Below are positions 7,067-15,424 of a stretch of 32,000 nt of DNA, piece after piece (position 1 is the stretch's first letter; the number at the start of each line of letters is the position of its first letter). The translations under genes and the position numbers were made by a program. The DNA comes from Alkalilimnicola ehrlichii MLHE-1 (GTDB taxonomy: Bacteria > Pseudomonadota > Gammaproteobacteria > Nitrococcales > Halorhodospiraceae): the NCBI RefSeq assembly GCF_000014785.1, contig NC_008340.1, positions 1,470,001 through 1,502,000 of the forward strand, read 5' to 3'. Below the pieces are notes generated by a model. The model saw only the letters and a program-made list of their open reading frames with translations, ran no database searches and was not told where the DNA came from.

Positions 7067-8430
7067 TCCCCAGCGGGGCCGGCGGGCCGCTCGCCGGTCT
7101 CGCGCAGGGCCTCGCTGATTAGTCGGCGGGCCCGCCCCCAGGCGCGCTCTTCGATGGCCTGTTCCAGGCTGGCCATCAGGTGGTGGAGGGCCTGCAGCCG
7201 TTTCACGCGGGTCTGGCCGGCATGGCGGGCCGTGCGCTCCAGCGCCTTGACCGTCGCCTGGCCCTCCCTGAGCAGACGCGGCAGCGGGAATCCGCTGTGC
7301 CACGGGGCCTGTCGCAACGCCTGCTGCAACTGCCGGGCGTGGCGCAGAAGGGGGGGCGCCTCGGTGAGGGGCAGGGCGTCGGCCTCACTGAGCAATTGCT
7401 CGATGATCCGTTGCTGGTCGAGCAACCGCCGGGCGTCGGCACACCAGCATTCCAGACGCCAGTAGCGGGTGCGGAAGCGGGCCTCGGTGGCCGGGTCCGC
7501 ACCCAGGTGCAGCCATTCCCGGCGGGTGCGCGCCAGCGACTCGCGGAGCTGGCGGAGCCGCGCCTCTTCCGGCTCCGGGTGGTGGGTGAGCGCCCGCGCC
7601 TCCTCCTCCAGGGCGTTCAGCAGCCGCGCTTCCCGGTCGCCGGCCTGGGGTGCCCTGCGGGCCGCGCAATGGCCCTGGGCCCGGGCAAAGCGGTCCGCCA
7701 GCGCCGGGGGTGGCGTCGGGTCAAGTTGCCGCCATTGGTTCTCCAGGCGCTGGCGACGGGCCGGCAGGTCATCGCGCCAAGGCGCGCTTGCCAGCGCCTC
7801 CATGGCCTCGCACAGCCCCACCGCCTGGGTCTGGACCGCCTGCTGCTCGGCCTGCTCGTCGCGGAGGGCCTGCAGGCGGCGCCGGGCCAGACGGGCCACG
7901 CCGCGGTCGTCGCTCTGGGCAGCAATCGCCTCCAGGGTCTCCAGGTGGTCGACGCACTCAACGGCAAACTTGCGTTGCCGTCGGACCGGGTCGTGCAGCG
8001 CGGCCTGGAGACAGGCCGCGGGGGTGCGCAGGCGGTCCAGTGCCGCCCGTCGCACGGCCTCGAGCCGGGCCGACTGTGCCAGGTGGGCGAGGACGGTGGT
8101 GTCGGGGCAATGGCGGACAGCCGCCACCCGCTCCTGCGGGGCGAGGCCCGGGTCGTCCGATTTCAGCAGCAGGCTCAAGCGTGCCACCGCCGCCATCCGG
8201 ACGGGCGCCGGTGTGGCCGGCGCCAGGCAGGCCTGGAGGGTGTCGAGATCGGTCAGCCGCTTGACCGCGTCGGCCCGGGCGCCGGGTTCGGCATCGCTCC
8301 GGGCGATGGCGATCAGCCGGGCCTGGCCTGCGGAATCGTGGGGGGCCGACCGGGCCGATGGCTCCGGCGCCTTGTCGGTTGCCTTGCCGGAGGTGGGCAG
8401 CAGCCGCTTGATCAGATCGGTGGGGCTCAT
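7051..8430 (-). CDS. Ala/Arg/Leu-rich helical-repeat protein (HEAT-like repeats at the N-terminus; possibly DUF349-related)
   Basis: GC3 is high in this frame, whereas the two long plus-strand ORFs over the same DNA are Gly/Arg/Pro-rich shadows. It has a repeated motif of the type (A/V)R..AV.RL (ADAVKRL, VRMAAVARL, ERVAAVRH, LEAVRRAALDRL). The function is unknown. Confidence 0.5.
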   Translation of the reverse strand: MSPTDLIKRLLPTSGKATDKAPEPSARSAPHDSAGQARLIAIARSDAEPGARADAVKRLTDLDTLQACLAPATPAPVRMAAVARLSLLLKSDDPGLAPQERVAAVRHCPDTTVLAHLAQSARLEAVRRAALDRLRTPAACLQAALHDPVRRQRKFAVECVDHLETLEAIAAQSDDRGVARLARRRLQALRDEQAEQQAVQTQAVGLCEAMEALASAPWRDDLPARRQRLENQWRQLDPTPPPALADRFARAQGHCAARRAPQAGDREARLLNALEEEARALTHHPEPEEARLRQLRESLARTRREWLHLGADPATEARFRTRYWRLECWCADARRLLDQQRIIEQLLSEADALPLTEAPPLLRHARQLQQALRQAPWHSGFPLPRLLREGQATVKALERTARHAGQTRVKRLQALHHLMASLEQAIEERAWGRARRLISEALRETGERPAGPAGDQRKR

Positions 8431-8580
8431 CGGCGGATCGTGGACTCGCGGGTTGGTGGTGATCTGGGGCCAGTGTAACCCGTGTGCGGGATCCGCTTCA
8501 CTGGCATTCTGGCGGATGCATTCAGCGGGCCGGGCCGCTACAATGATTCATTGATTGTGAATATAAAGACGGGGGTTCCA

Positions 8581-9552
8581 ATGGAAGACACGCAGCCTGC
8601 CGGGCGTAGCCTGGAGCATATGCCGATTCCCTTGTTCGCGACGGTCATGGGGACCGCCGGGCTGACCCTGGCCTGGCGGGCGGCCGAGCAGGCTTGGGGC
8701 TGGTCCGCTGCGATCAGTACCACCCTGACCGCTGTCGTGGTCTTGCTCTTTCTTTTTCTTTCCGCGGCTTACAGCCTGAAATTCATCCGCTACCGAGAGG
8801 CGGTGAAGGCGGAGTTCCACCACCCCGTGAAGATGAACTTCTTTCCCGCCATCTCGATCAGCCTGGTGCTGGTGGCCATGTTGCTGCAGCCCCATGTGAC
8901 CTGGCTGGCGGGGCTGCTCTGGCTGGGGGGGGCGGCCCTGCATATCACCTTTACCCTGGTGGTGATGGGGATCTGGATCGGCCAGCGGCCCTTTCAGATT
9001 GCCCACATCAATCCGGCCTGGTTCATACCGGTGGTGGGCAACGTGCTGATGCCGCTGGCGGGGGTGCCGTTGGGCTTCGTGGAGCTCTCCTGGTTCTTCT
9101 TCAGTGTCGGGGTGGTCTTCTGGCTGGTGTTGATGACCCTGATGTTCTACCGGTTCATCTTTCACGACCCGCTGCCGGAACGGCTCCTGCCGACCCTGGC
9201 GATCCTGCTGGCGCCGCCCGCTGTGGGCTTTCTGGCCTGGACCCACCTGAACGGCGGAGAGATCAACGCCATGGGTCGGATCCTGTACTACACCGGGGCA
9301 TTCATCTTTCTGCTCCTGGTGCTTCGGGCCCGGGGCTTTGGCAGACTGCCCTTCTTCCTGTCCTGGTGGGCCTACTCCTTCCCGGTGGCCGCCTTCGCCA
9401 TTGCCACCGTGACCATGGCCGGCATGGTGCCCTCCACCTTCTTGGCCATTGCCGGCGCGCTGCTGGTGCTGCTGACCACGGTGTTGGTGATCGCGCTGGT
9501 GGTGATGACGTTGAAGGCGGCGCGAGCCGGTAAGATCTGCGTGCCGGAGTAG
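8581..9552 (+). CDS. TehA/Mae1/SLAC1-family anion channel or transporter
   Basis: 10-TM-type protein with an N-terminal PIPLFATVMGTAGLTLAWR motif typical of the family. I prefer the ATG at 8581 over the upstream in-frame extension from 8482. Confidence 0.7.
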   Translation: MEDTQPAGRSLEHMPIPLFATVMGTAGLTLAWRAAEQAWGWSAAISTTLTAVVVLLFLFLSAAYSLKFIRYREAVKAEFHHPVKMNFFPAISISLVLVAMLLQPHVTWLAGLLWLGGAALHITFTLVVMGIWIGQRPFQIAHINPAWFIPVVGNVLMPLAGVPLGFVELSWFFFSVGVVFWLVLMTLMFYRFIFHDPLPERLLPTLAILLAPPAVGFLAWTHLNGGEINAMGRILYYTGAFIFLLLVLRARGFGRLPFFLSWWAYSFPVAAFAIATVTMAGMVPSTFLAIAGALLVLLTTVLVIALVVMTLKAARAGKICVPE

Positions 9553-9585
9553 GCCGGCGCGCACCAGGGCATCGCCCGGGGGGTG

Positions 9586-10551
9586 TTACAGCGGGACCGG
9601 GCCGCGGTCGTGGGGGATGCTGTAGTCCACCGCGGGCCCTGCCGGGATGATCCGGGTGGGGTTGATCATGGGGTGGCTGGTAAAGTAGTGCCGTTTGATA
9701 TGGTCCAGGTTGACAGTCTCTGCCACCCGTTCCACCTGGTAGAGCTGCCGGGTATAGGCCCAGAGGTTGGGGTAGTCGACCAACCGGCGGACATTGCACT
9801 TGAAATGCCCCACGTACACCGGATCGAAGCGGACCAGGGTGGTGAACAGGCGCCAGTCCGCCTCGGTCACCCGATCGCCCGCCAGGTAGGGCTGGCGGGA
9901 CAGCCGCTCCTCCAGTTCGTCCAGCGCCGCGAAGAGGGCGCCGACGGCCTCCTCGTAGGCGTCCTGGCGGGTGGCGAAGCCGGCCTTGTAGACGCCGTTA
10001 TTGATCCGGTCGTAGACGAAGGCATTGACCCGGTCGATCTGTTCGCGCAACGCGGCGGGATAGAAGTCGCGGTCGGCGCGCCCAAAGGCATCAAAGGCGC
10101 TGTTGAGCATGCGGACGATCTCAGCCGACTCGTTGTTGACGATGGTGCCGGCCACTTTGTCCCACAGGGTCGGCACCGTGACCCGGCCGGTATAGTCGGG
10201 CCGGGCCTTCAGATAGACCTGGTGCAGGTAGCGACAACCGTTGACCCGGTCTTCACTGGCCCCCGGGTAGTTGGAGAAGTGCCAGCCCCCCTCACCCATG
10301 TAGGGGTCCACCACGGAGACGTCGATGACGTCCTCCAGCCCCTTGAGGTGACGCAGGATCAGCGTCCGGTGGGCCCAGGGGCAGGCCAGCGAGACGTGGA
10401 GGTGGTAACGGCCCGGTTCGGCCGGAAAGCCGGAGCGGCCGTCAGCGGTGACCCAGTCGCGAAACCGGGTCTCCGGCCGCTCGAAGCGGCCACCGGTGCG
10501 TTCGGTGTCGTACCAGTCTTCCTGCCAGACGCCGTCGACCAACAGGCCCAT
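9586..10551 (-). CDS. yqjG: Glutathionyl-hydroquinone reductase (Xi-class GST, YqjG/ECM4-like)
   Basis: Has the diagnostic CPWAHR active-site motif in HLHVSLACPWAHRTLI. The length is 321 aa and a GAGG RBS lies 7 nt upstream. Confidence 0.85.
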   Translation of the reverse strand: MGLLVDGVWQEDWYDTERTGGRFERPETRFRDWVTADGRSGFPAEPGRYHLHVSLACPWAHRTLILRHLKGLEDVIDVSVVDPYMGEGGWHFSNYPGASEDRVNGCRYLHQVYLKARPDYTGRVTVPTLWDKVAGTIVNNESAEIVRMLNSAFDAFGRADRDFYPAALREQIDRVNAFVYDRINNGVYKAGFATRQDAYEEAVGALFAALDELEERLSRQPYLAGDRVTEADWRLFTTLVRFDPVYVGHFKCNVRRLVDYPNLWAYTRQLYQVERVAETVNLDHIKRHYFTSHPMINPTRIIPAGPAVDYSIPHDRGPVPL

Positions 10552-10577
10552 GCCGATACCTCGCGGTCCAGGCGGGC

Positions 10578-11177
10578 TCAGCCCGCGAGCTTCTGAGTGA
10601 TCTCCGCCACGTGGCGGCCCTGGAAGCGGGCGATGGTCAGCTCATTCTCGCTGGGCTGACGGCTGCCATCGGGACCGGCCAGGGTCGAGGCCCCGTACGG
10701 GGTGCCGCCGGTGATTTCGTCCATATTGGTCAGGGCGGCGCAGCTATAGGGCACGCCCACGATGACCATCCCGTGGTGCATCAGGGTGGTCTGCATCGAG
10801 GTCAGGGTGGTCTCCTGCCCGCCGTGCTGAGAGCCGGTGGAGGTGAAGACGCTGCCCACCTTGCCGATCAGCTTGCCCTGGGCCCAGAGGCCGCCGGTCT
10901 GATCCAGAAAGTTGCGCATCTGCCCGGCCATGTTCCCGAACCGGGTCGGGGAGCCGAAGATGATGCCGTCGTAGTCGGCCAGCTCCTCCGGTCGCGCCAC
11001 CGGGGTATCATCCGCAGGGGCGCCGGCCTTCCGCAGGGCCTCCTCGCTCATCAACTCGGGGACACGCTTGATGTCCACGGTGGTGCCGCTCACCTCGCGG
11101 CTGCCTTCAGCCACGGCATCGGCCATGGTTCGGATATGGCCGTACATGCTGTAGTACAGCACCAGGATCTTAGCCAT
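10578..11177 (-). CDS. wrbA: NAD(P)H:quinone oxidoreductase, WrbA type (flavodoxin-like)
   Basis: The N-terminus is [19 protein letters not shown]... and the family core is [18 protein letters not shown]. The ATG at 11177 is preceded by AGGAG at 8-nt spacing. The track start at 11186 is an upstream GTG. Confidence 0.9.
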
Positions 11178-11249
11178 GTTGCCCACTCCTCATCGCTTGC
11201 GGTCATCGGTGGCGCGAGCGACAGGGCCGGAGGGCCCGGCGTCGCCCGG

Positions 11250-12512
11250 CTATATCAGACCGTGGAAGGGTTGGACCATCACGGTCTCGCCGGCTTCCAC
11301 GTTCCCTGCATTGTACGGCAGCACGATGAAGCAATTGGCCCGCGAGACGGAACTCAGTATCCCGGAGCCCTGGGCGCCGGTGGTGCGCACCTGCGGCTGG
11401 CCGTTATCGTCCCAGGTGAGGATGCCCCGTTGGAACTCCATGCGGCCGGGCCGCTTGCGCAGCGGCTCGGCGCAACGGACCGGGAAAAGCTGGTCCGGCT
11501 CCGGTTGCGCGCCCATCATGTGCAGCAGGGCGGGGCGCACGATCTGGTACCAGGTGGCCATCACCGAGACCGGGTTGCCGGGCAGGCCGAAGAAGACCGC
11601 GCGGCCCACCTTGCCGTAGGCCAGCGGCCGTCCGGGACGCAGGGCCACCTTCCAGAAATCCACCTGGCCCAGGGCATCCAGGGTGTCCTTGACGTAGTCG
11701 GCCTCGCCCACGGAGACGCCGCCGGAGGTGACCAGCACGTCGGCGAACGCCGAGGCCTCGCGAAAGGCGCGCTGAAGGCTCTCGTGGTCGTCGCCGATGA
11801 CGCCCATGTCCACCGTCTCCACCCCGAGCCGTTGCATGGCGGCGAACAGGGTGTAGCGGTTGGAGTCATAGATCTGTCCGGGGCCCAGGGGCTGCCCCAC
11901 CCCTTGCAGTTCATCGCCGGTGGAGAAAAAGGCCACCCGCAGGCGACGGAATACCGAGACCTCCACCAGGCCTGACGAGGCCATGACCCCGAGTTCCGCC
12001 GGGCCGACGCGCTGCCCGGCGGCGAGGACGCGCTCCCCCTCAGCCAGGTCCTCGCCGGCCCGGCGCACATGGTTGCCGGCCCGGTGGGGTGCCTGAACAC
12101 GGATCAGGTCGCCGGTGCGTTCGGCCTGCTCCTGCATGATGACGGTATCGCCGCCGGCCGGCATCGGCGCGCCGGTCATGATGCGCAGGCATTCACCCGC
12201 GCCCAGCGTGCCCTCGTAGGTCTCGCCGGCCAGGACCCGTCCGACCACCCGCAGTTCCGTGGGGCCCTCACCGGCGACGTCCGCGGCACGCACGGCGTAT
12301 CCGTCCATGGCCGAGTTGTCGTGGGCTGGGACCGGCACCGGGGAGTGGACGTCCTCGGCCAGGATGCGGTGCAGGGCGTCGCGCAGGGCCACGCGCTCGC
12401 GGACCGTGACCGGCTGAATACCCCCCTTGATACGTGCCCGGGCCTCTTCCACCGGCAGACCACCGGCATGGTTGTCACAACAGGATTGGCTAGCGTTTGC
12501 GGTTTCACTCAT
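11250..12512 (-). CDS. moeA: Molybdopterin molybdotransferase MoeA
   Basis: 420 aa with MoeA motifs: HDNSAMDGYAV, VVGRVLAGE, SGGVSVGEADYVKD, PGNPVS and a C-terminal beta-barrel domain. Confidence 0.9.
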   Translation of the reverse strand: MSETANASQSCCDNHAGGLPVEEARARIKGGIQPVTVRERVALRDALHRILAEDVHSPVPVPAHDNSAMDGYAVRAADVAGEGPTELRVVGRVLAGETYEGTLGAGECLRIMTGAPMPAGGDTVIMQEQAERTGDLIRVQAPHRAGNHVRRAGEDLAEGERVLAAGQRVGPAELGVMASSGLVEVSVFRRLRVAFFSTGDELQGVGQPLGPGQIYDSNRYTLFAAMQRLGVETVDMGVIGDDHESLQRAFREASAFADVLVTSGGVSVGEADYVKDTLDALGQVDFWKVALRPGRPLAYGKVGRAVFFGLPGNPVSVMATWYQIVRPALLHMMGAQPEPDQLFPVRCAEPLRKRPGRMEFQRGILTWDDNGQPQVRTTGAQGSGILSSVSRANCFIVLPYNAGNVEAGETVMVQPFHGLI

Positions 12513-12559
12513 GATGTATCTGTTCTGGTTGCCTGATGATCGTTGAAGGAGGGATGGTG

Positions 12560-12772
12560 ATGTTGGACGAAGACGCCCTTAATCAGCAGATCCGTAAGTT
12601 CCTCAAGCAGGTGGGTGTGACCTCTCAGCATGAGATTGAGAGAGCGGTACGGGCGGGACTGGAGAACGGCAGCCTGAAGCCGGGCGACACCCTGCGCGCG
12701 AAGGTCCGCCTGACCGTGGACGGTGCCGGTGTCGACCACGAGGTTGCCGCGGACTTGGAGCTCAAGGGCTGA
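12560..12772 (+). CDS. Small conserved protein, DUF6494-like
   Basis: AGGAGG lies 7 nt before the ATG at 12560 (in-frame alternatives at 12554 and 12536). LDEDALNQQIRKFLKQVGVTSQHEIERAV matches my memory of this roughly 70-aa family. This is unverified. Confidence 0.55.
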   Translation: MLDEDALNQQIRKFLKQVGVTSQHEIERAVRAGLENGSLKPGDTLRAKVRLTVDGAGVDHEVAADLELKG

Positions 12773-12812
12773 CGGCAGGCGGGGCTGCGCAATCCGGGAC
12801 CGGCGGACGGGG

Positions 12813-13811
12813 TCAGCCGCCGGTCATGTTCATGTGGCGCATGATCACCGGCTTGGCGGCCAGGTTGAAGTCGTGACCCTTGGGCTTGATGGCCATGGCA
12901 TCACGGATGGCCTGCTTGACTGGCTCCAGTTCGCCGGGGTGGGCGCGCAGCACCCGGCGCAGGTCCACCGAATGCTCCTGGCCCAGACAGAGCAGCAGCC
13001 GCCCCTCGGTGGTGACCCGAACCCGGTTACAGCTCTCACAGAAGTTATGGCTGTGCGGCGAGATGAAGCCGACCTTGCTGTCGGTGCCGCTGACCTTGAA
13101 GTAGCGCGACGGCCCCCCGGTGGTAGCGGTGGAGGGGACCAGGGAATAGCGCGTGCTGATGCGCTCGCGCACCTCGTCGCTGGACATATAGACCTCGGCG
13201 CGGTCGTGGTCGTCGATCTCACCCAGCGGCATCTCCTCGATGAAGCTGATGTCCAGGCCCCGTGCGACCACGAAATCGACCAGGTCCAGGATTTCATCGT
13301 CGTTGCGGTTCTTCATCGCCACGGTGTTGATCTTGATGCGGTCGAAACCCGCCTCACGAGCCGCCTCGATCCCCTCCAGCACCTTGGCCAGTTTGCCGGT
13401 GCGGGTGATGCGGTGAAAGCGGTCCGGATCGAGGCTGTCCAGGCTGATGTTGAGTCGCCGGACCCCGGCCCGGCGGAGCGACTCGGCATAGCGCGGCAGC
13501 TGTGAGCCATTGGTGGTCATCACCAGCTCGCGCAGACCGGGCAGGGCCCCCAAGGACTGGAACAGGGTCATCACATTGCTGCGCACCAGTGGCTCACCGC
13601 CGGTGATTCGGATCTTGTCGACGCCCAACTCCGTGAAAGCACGCCCCAGGGTCGCCAGCTCCTCCAGGGTGAGGATCTGTGCCCGAGGGAGGAACTGCAT
13701 GTCCTCGCTCATGCAGTAGACGCAGCGGAAGTCGCAGCGGTCGGTCACGGACATGCGGACATAAGTGACCCGGCGTCCGAAGCGGTCGATCAGCTGACTG
13801 TCGGTGGTCAT
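12813..13811 (-). CDS. moaA: GTP 3',8-cyclase MoaA (radical SAM)
   Basis: Has CDFRCVYC (CxxxCxxC), a C-terminal CESCNRVR cluster motif and a terminal GG. I prefer the ATG at 13811 ([26 protein letters not shown]). The 47-codon upstream extension to 13952 has no MoaA-like sequence. Confidence 0.9.
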   Translation of the reverse strand: MTTDSQLIDRFGRRVTYVRMSVTDRCDFRCVYCMSEDMQFLPRAQILTLEELATLGRAFTELGVDKIRITGGEPLVRSNVMTLFQSLGALPGLRELVMTTNGSQLPRYAESLRRAGVRRLNISLDSLDPDRFHRITRTGKLAKVLEGIEAAREAGFDRIKINTVAMKNRNDDEILDLVDFVVARGLDISFIEEMPLGEIDDHDRAEVYMSSDEVRERISTRYSLVPSTATTGGPSRYFKVSGTDSKVGFISPHSHNFCESCNRVRVTTEGRLLLCLGQEHSVDLRRVLRAHPGELEPVKQAIRDAMAIKPKGHDFNLAAKPVIMRHMNMTGG

Positions 13812-14059
13812 TTCGGGTAGTCCTTCAGCGTCGGGCCCACACGCGGCGGCGGGCAACAAACCAGGCATCGCTGTCGGGAGTATCGCGCAATGCGGCCAGG
13901 CTATCAATTGATCCGTGGCTGGATTCCGGGGTGCAGCATGGATGTTGACCACGATGTTCGCGGCGGGTTGGTGAAAAATTAACCATCGCCTTCTAAACTT
14001 GCGAGATGAGTCAGTGTTTCCCTAGTGCAGCAATCTGCTACCGACTATCAGGAGCATAG

Positions 14060-14602
14060 ATGAACCAGAACGCGGAATCAGCCGCCACGCTCGACGGCCG
14101 CCGGGAGCTCCCGGTCGCGGTGGTCATGGCCGAAGTCATCCGGGGAGAAACCCGGGGCGGGTGGCCGGTCGGTGTCGTCGCCGGGGGCCGGTTTGCGGCC
14201 GCAGAGCCCAGTCGCACCCTGATGCGGGAGGGGCCTGACGGACGGCAATGGCTTTGGCAAGGGTTCCGGCTGCGGCTCCGGCCTCAGGATGCCGGGGATT
14301 ACGCCCTCAATCTGGGCAGCGACCGGCCCACGGTCTTCGTGGTCTGCAAGCGCGTCGCGGACGGCGAACTGCGCCCGCTCAGCACCACCGTCAGCCTGGC
14401 CGAGGCGCAGGATCTCGACGCACCGGAGCTGCGGGACCACTCAGAGCAGGTGTATCGGGTGGCGATGCCCGGCGAGGTGTACCACTGGGTCGAGCACTTC
14501 GTGTTGGATCACTACCAGCCCCGCCGGCGCAAGGGCAAGCGGCGCCGGCGCAACGCCGAGTACGACGATGTGGAACAGCGCGCGGACCGCGCGCCACGCT
14601 GA
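14060..14602 (+). CDS. DUF3305-like protein (uncharacterised, formate-dehydrogenase-associated)
   Basis: 180 aa with no signal peptide and a basic tail (PRRRKGKRRRRN). GGAG lies 6 nt upstream of the ATG. The family assignment rests on memory and on the typical position in front of a DUF3306 gene and FDH genes. Confidence 0.55.
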   Translation: MNQNAESAATLDGRRELPVAVVMAEVIRGETRGGWPVGVVAGGRFAAAEPSRTLMREGPDGRQWLWQGFRLRLRPQDAGDYALNLGSDRPTVFVVCKRVADGELRPLSTTVSLAEAQDLDAPELRDHSEQVYRVAMPGEVYHWVEHFVLDHYQPRRRKGKRRRRNAEYDDVEQRADRAPR

Positions 14603-14637
14603 CCTTCGGATCCAAACCAGAATCAGAGCGAGCACAG

Positions 14638-15303
14638 ATGAGCGAAGAGCGTTACCGCAACGACCTCACCGACGATCCTTCGGGGCTGCTCCGGCGCTGG
14701 TCTCGGCGCAAGCACCAGGTGCAGCGGGGCGAGGAGGGCACGGCACCCGGGCGGGCCCCGGAGGCGCGGGAGGGCATGGAGGCTGCCGCGCCGGATCCGG
14801 TGCCCGTGGGTGACCGGATTGACCCGCGTACGGGCAAACGGATCGATGAGCTGACCGATGACGACATGCCGCCGCTGGAGACCTTGGGCGCAAGCAGTGA
14901 CCTGAGCTGTTTCTGGTCGCGGGGCGTCAGTGAGGCCCTGCGCCATGCGGCCCTGCGCCAGGTATTCCGCTCGCCGAAGTATAACGTGGTGGACACCCTC
15001 TGCGAGTACTCGGGGGATTACACCCGCTACGAGCCGCTGGGGGAGGTGGTCACCCACGATATGAAACGTCAGATCGCCCGCCTTGCCGAGCGTGAGCGCG
15101 AACGGGAGCGGGCGAGAGCGGAGGAGGCAGAGGCGCCGGCAGGGGCCGAGGAGGCCGTTGCCGACAGTGAAGAGCGGGCGCCAGGGCCGGCCGCGGAGGC
15201 CGGCGAGACGCCGGTGGCGGAGCACGTGGACGGCGCAGAGGCAGCGCAGCGGCAAGCGGACCGGGTGCCGTCGCCCCCGGCCCGCGATCACGACCACGGC
15301 TGA
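14638..15303 (+). CDS. DUF3306-like protein (uncharacterised, formate-dehydrogenase-associated)
   Basis: The ATG at 14638 gives MSEERYRND...LLRRWSRRKHQV, an RWSRRK-type N-terminal motif. A conserved central block follows (MPPLETLGASSDLSCFWSRGVSEALRHAALRQVFRSPKYNVVD), then a low-complexity ERERERARAEEAEA tail. Confidence 0.55.
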   Translation: MSEERYRNDLTDDPSGLLRRWSRRKHQVQRGEEGTAPGRAPEAREGMEAAAPDPVPVGDRIDPRTGKRIDELTDDDMPPLETLGASSDLSCFWSRGVSEALRHAALRQVFRSPKYNVVDTLCEYSGDYTRYEPLGEVVTHDMKRQIARLAERERERERARAEEAEAPAGAEEAVADSEERAPGPAAEAGETPVAEHVDGAEAAQRQADRVPSPPARDHDHG

Positions 15304-15308
15304 GGAGC

Positions 15309-15331
15309 GGTGGCCCCGGCATCGGGCCGCC
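15309..15331 (+). terminator. 8-bp stem-loop (GGUGGCCC / cggcauc / GGGCCGCC, one G-U pair) right after the DUF3306 stop
   Basis: Read directly from the sequence. It has no U-tract, so a terminator function is speculative. Confidence 0.25.
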
Positions 15332-15343
15332 GTACCCCGAAAC

Positions 15344-15359
15344 TGGCACGGGGGTTGCA
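15344..15359 (+). promoter_or_regulatory. Sigma-54 (RpoN) -24/-12 promoter, TGGCACG-GGGG-TTGCA
   Basis: It matches TGGCACG-N4-TTGCW exactly. It is intergenic, correctly oriented, and its 3-prime end lies 65 nt upstream of the polyferredoxin ATG (15425). I estimate fewer than 0.01 such full matches by chance in 64 kb of two-strand sequence. Confidence 0.65.
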
Positions 15360-15424
15360 ATAACCCGGGCAGAGCCAAGCCCAACCTATACGTCACTACT
15401 CAGGCTGGCCGACAGAGAGACCGT

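Noticed and set aside
7180-8554. Plus-strand ORFs of 432 aa and 361 aa overlapping the 459-aa minus-strand gene
   Set aside because: The minus frame has G/C-dominated third positions and a plausible helical-repeat sequence. The plus frames are Gly/Arg/Pro/Ser-rich low-complexity translations.
8548-9564. A 338-aa minus-strand ORF rich in His, Gln, Gly and Pro
   Set aside because: It is antisense to the TehA/SLAC1-like transporter, which has clear family features.
10611-11975. A 454-aa plus-strand ORF
   Set aside because: It is antisense to wrbA and moeA, both confidently identified. Its composition is typical of a shadow frame.
13903-13912. The perfect 10-bp palindrome ATCAATTGAT as a regulator site (FNR-like half-sites)
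   Set aside because: The half-sites are in the wrong arrangement for TTGAT-N4-ATCAA. About 30 perfect 10-bp palindromes are expected by chance in 32 kb. It is kept only as a note under the moaA leader finding.
13812-13952. A 47-codon N-terminal extension of moaA
   Set aside because: It has no similarity to MoaA N-termini. The canonical MoaA sequence begins at the ATG at 13811. I treat the region as leader RNA instead.
14248-14637. An upstream in-frame extension of the DUF3306 ORF (the track gives 351 aa from 14248)
   Set aside because: The extension overlaps most of the DUF3305 gene in another frame and is Arg/Gly/Pro-rich. The ATG at 14638, 35 nt after the DUF3305 stop, gives the family-like N-terminus.
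15083-15424. An upstream extension of the polyferredoxin ORF (680 aa in the track)
   Set aside because: It overlaps the DUF3306 3-prime end, is highly Arg-rich, and contains the sigma-54 promoter and a hairpin. I prefer the ATG at 15425.
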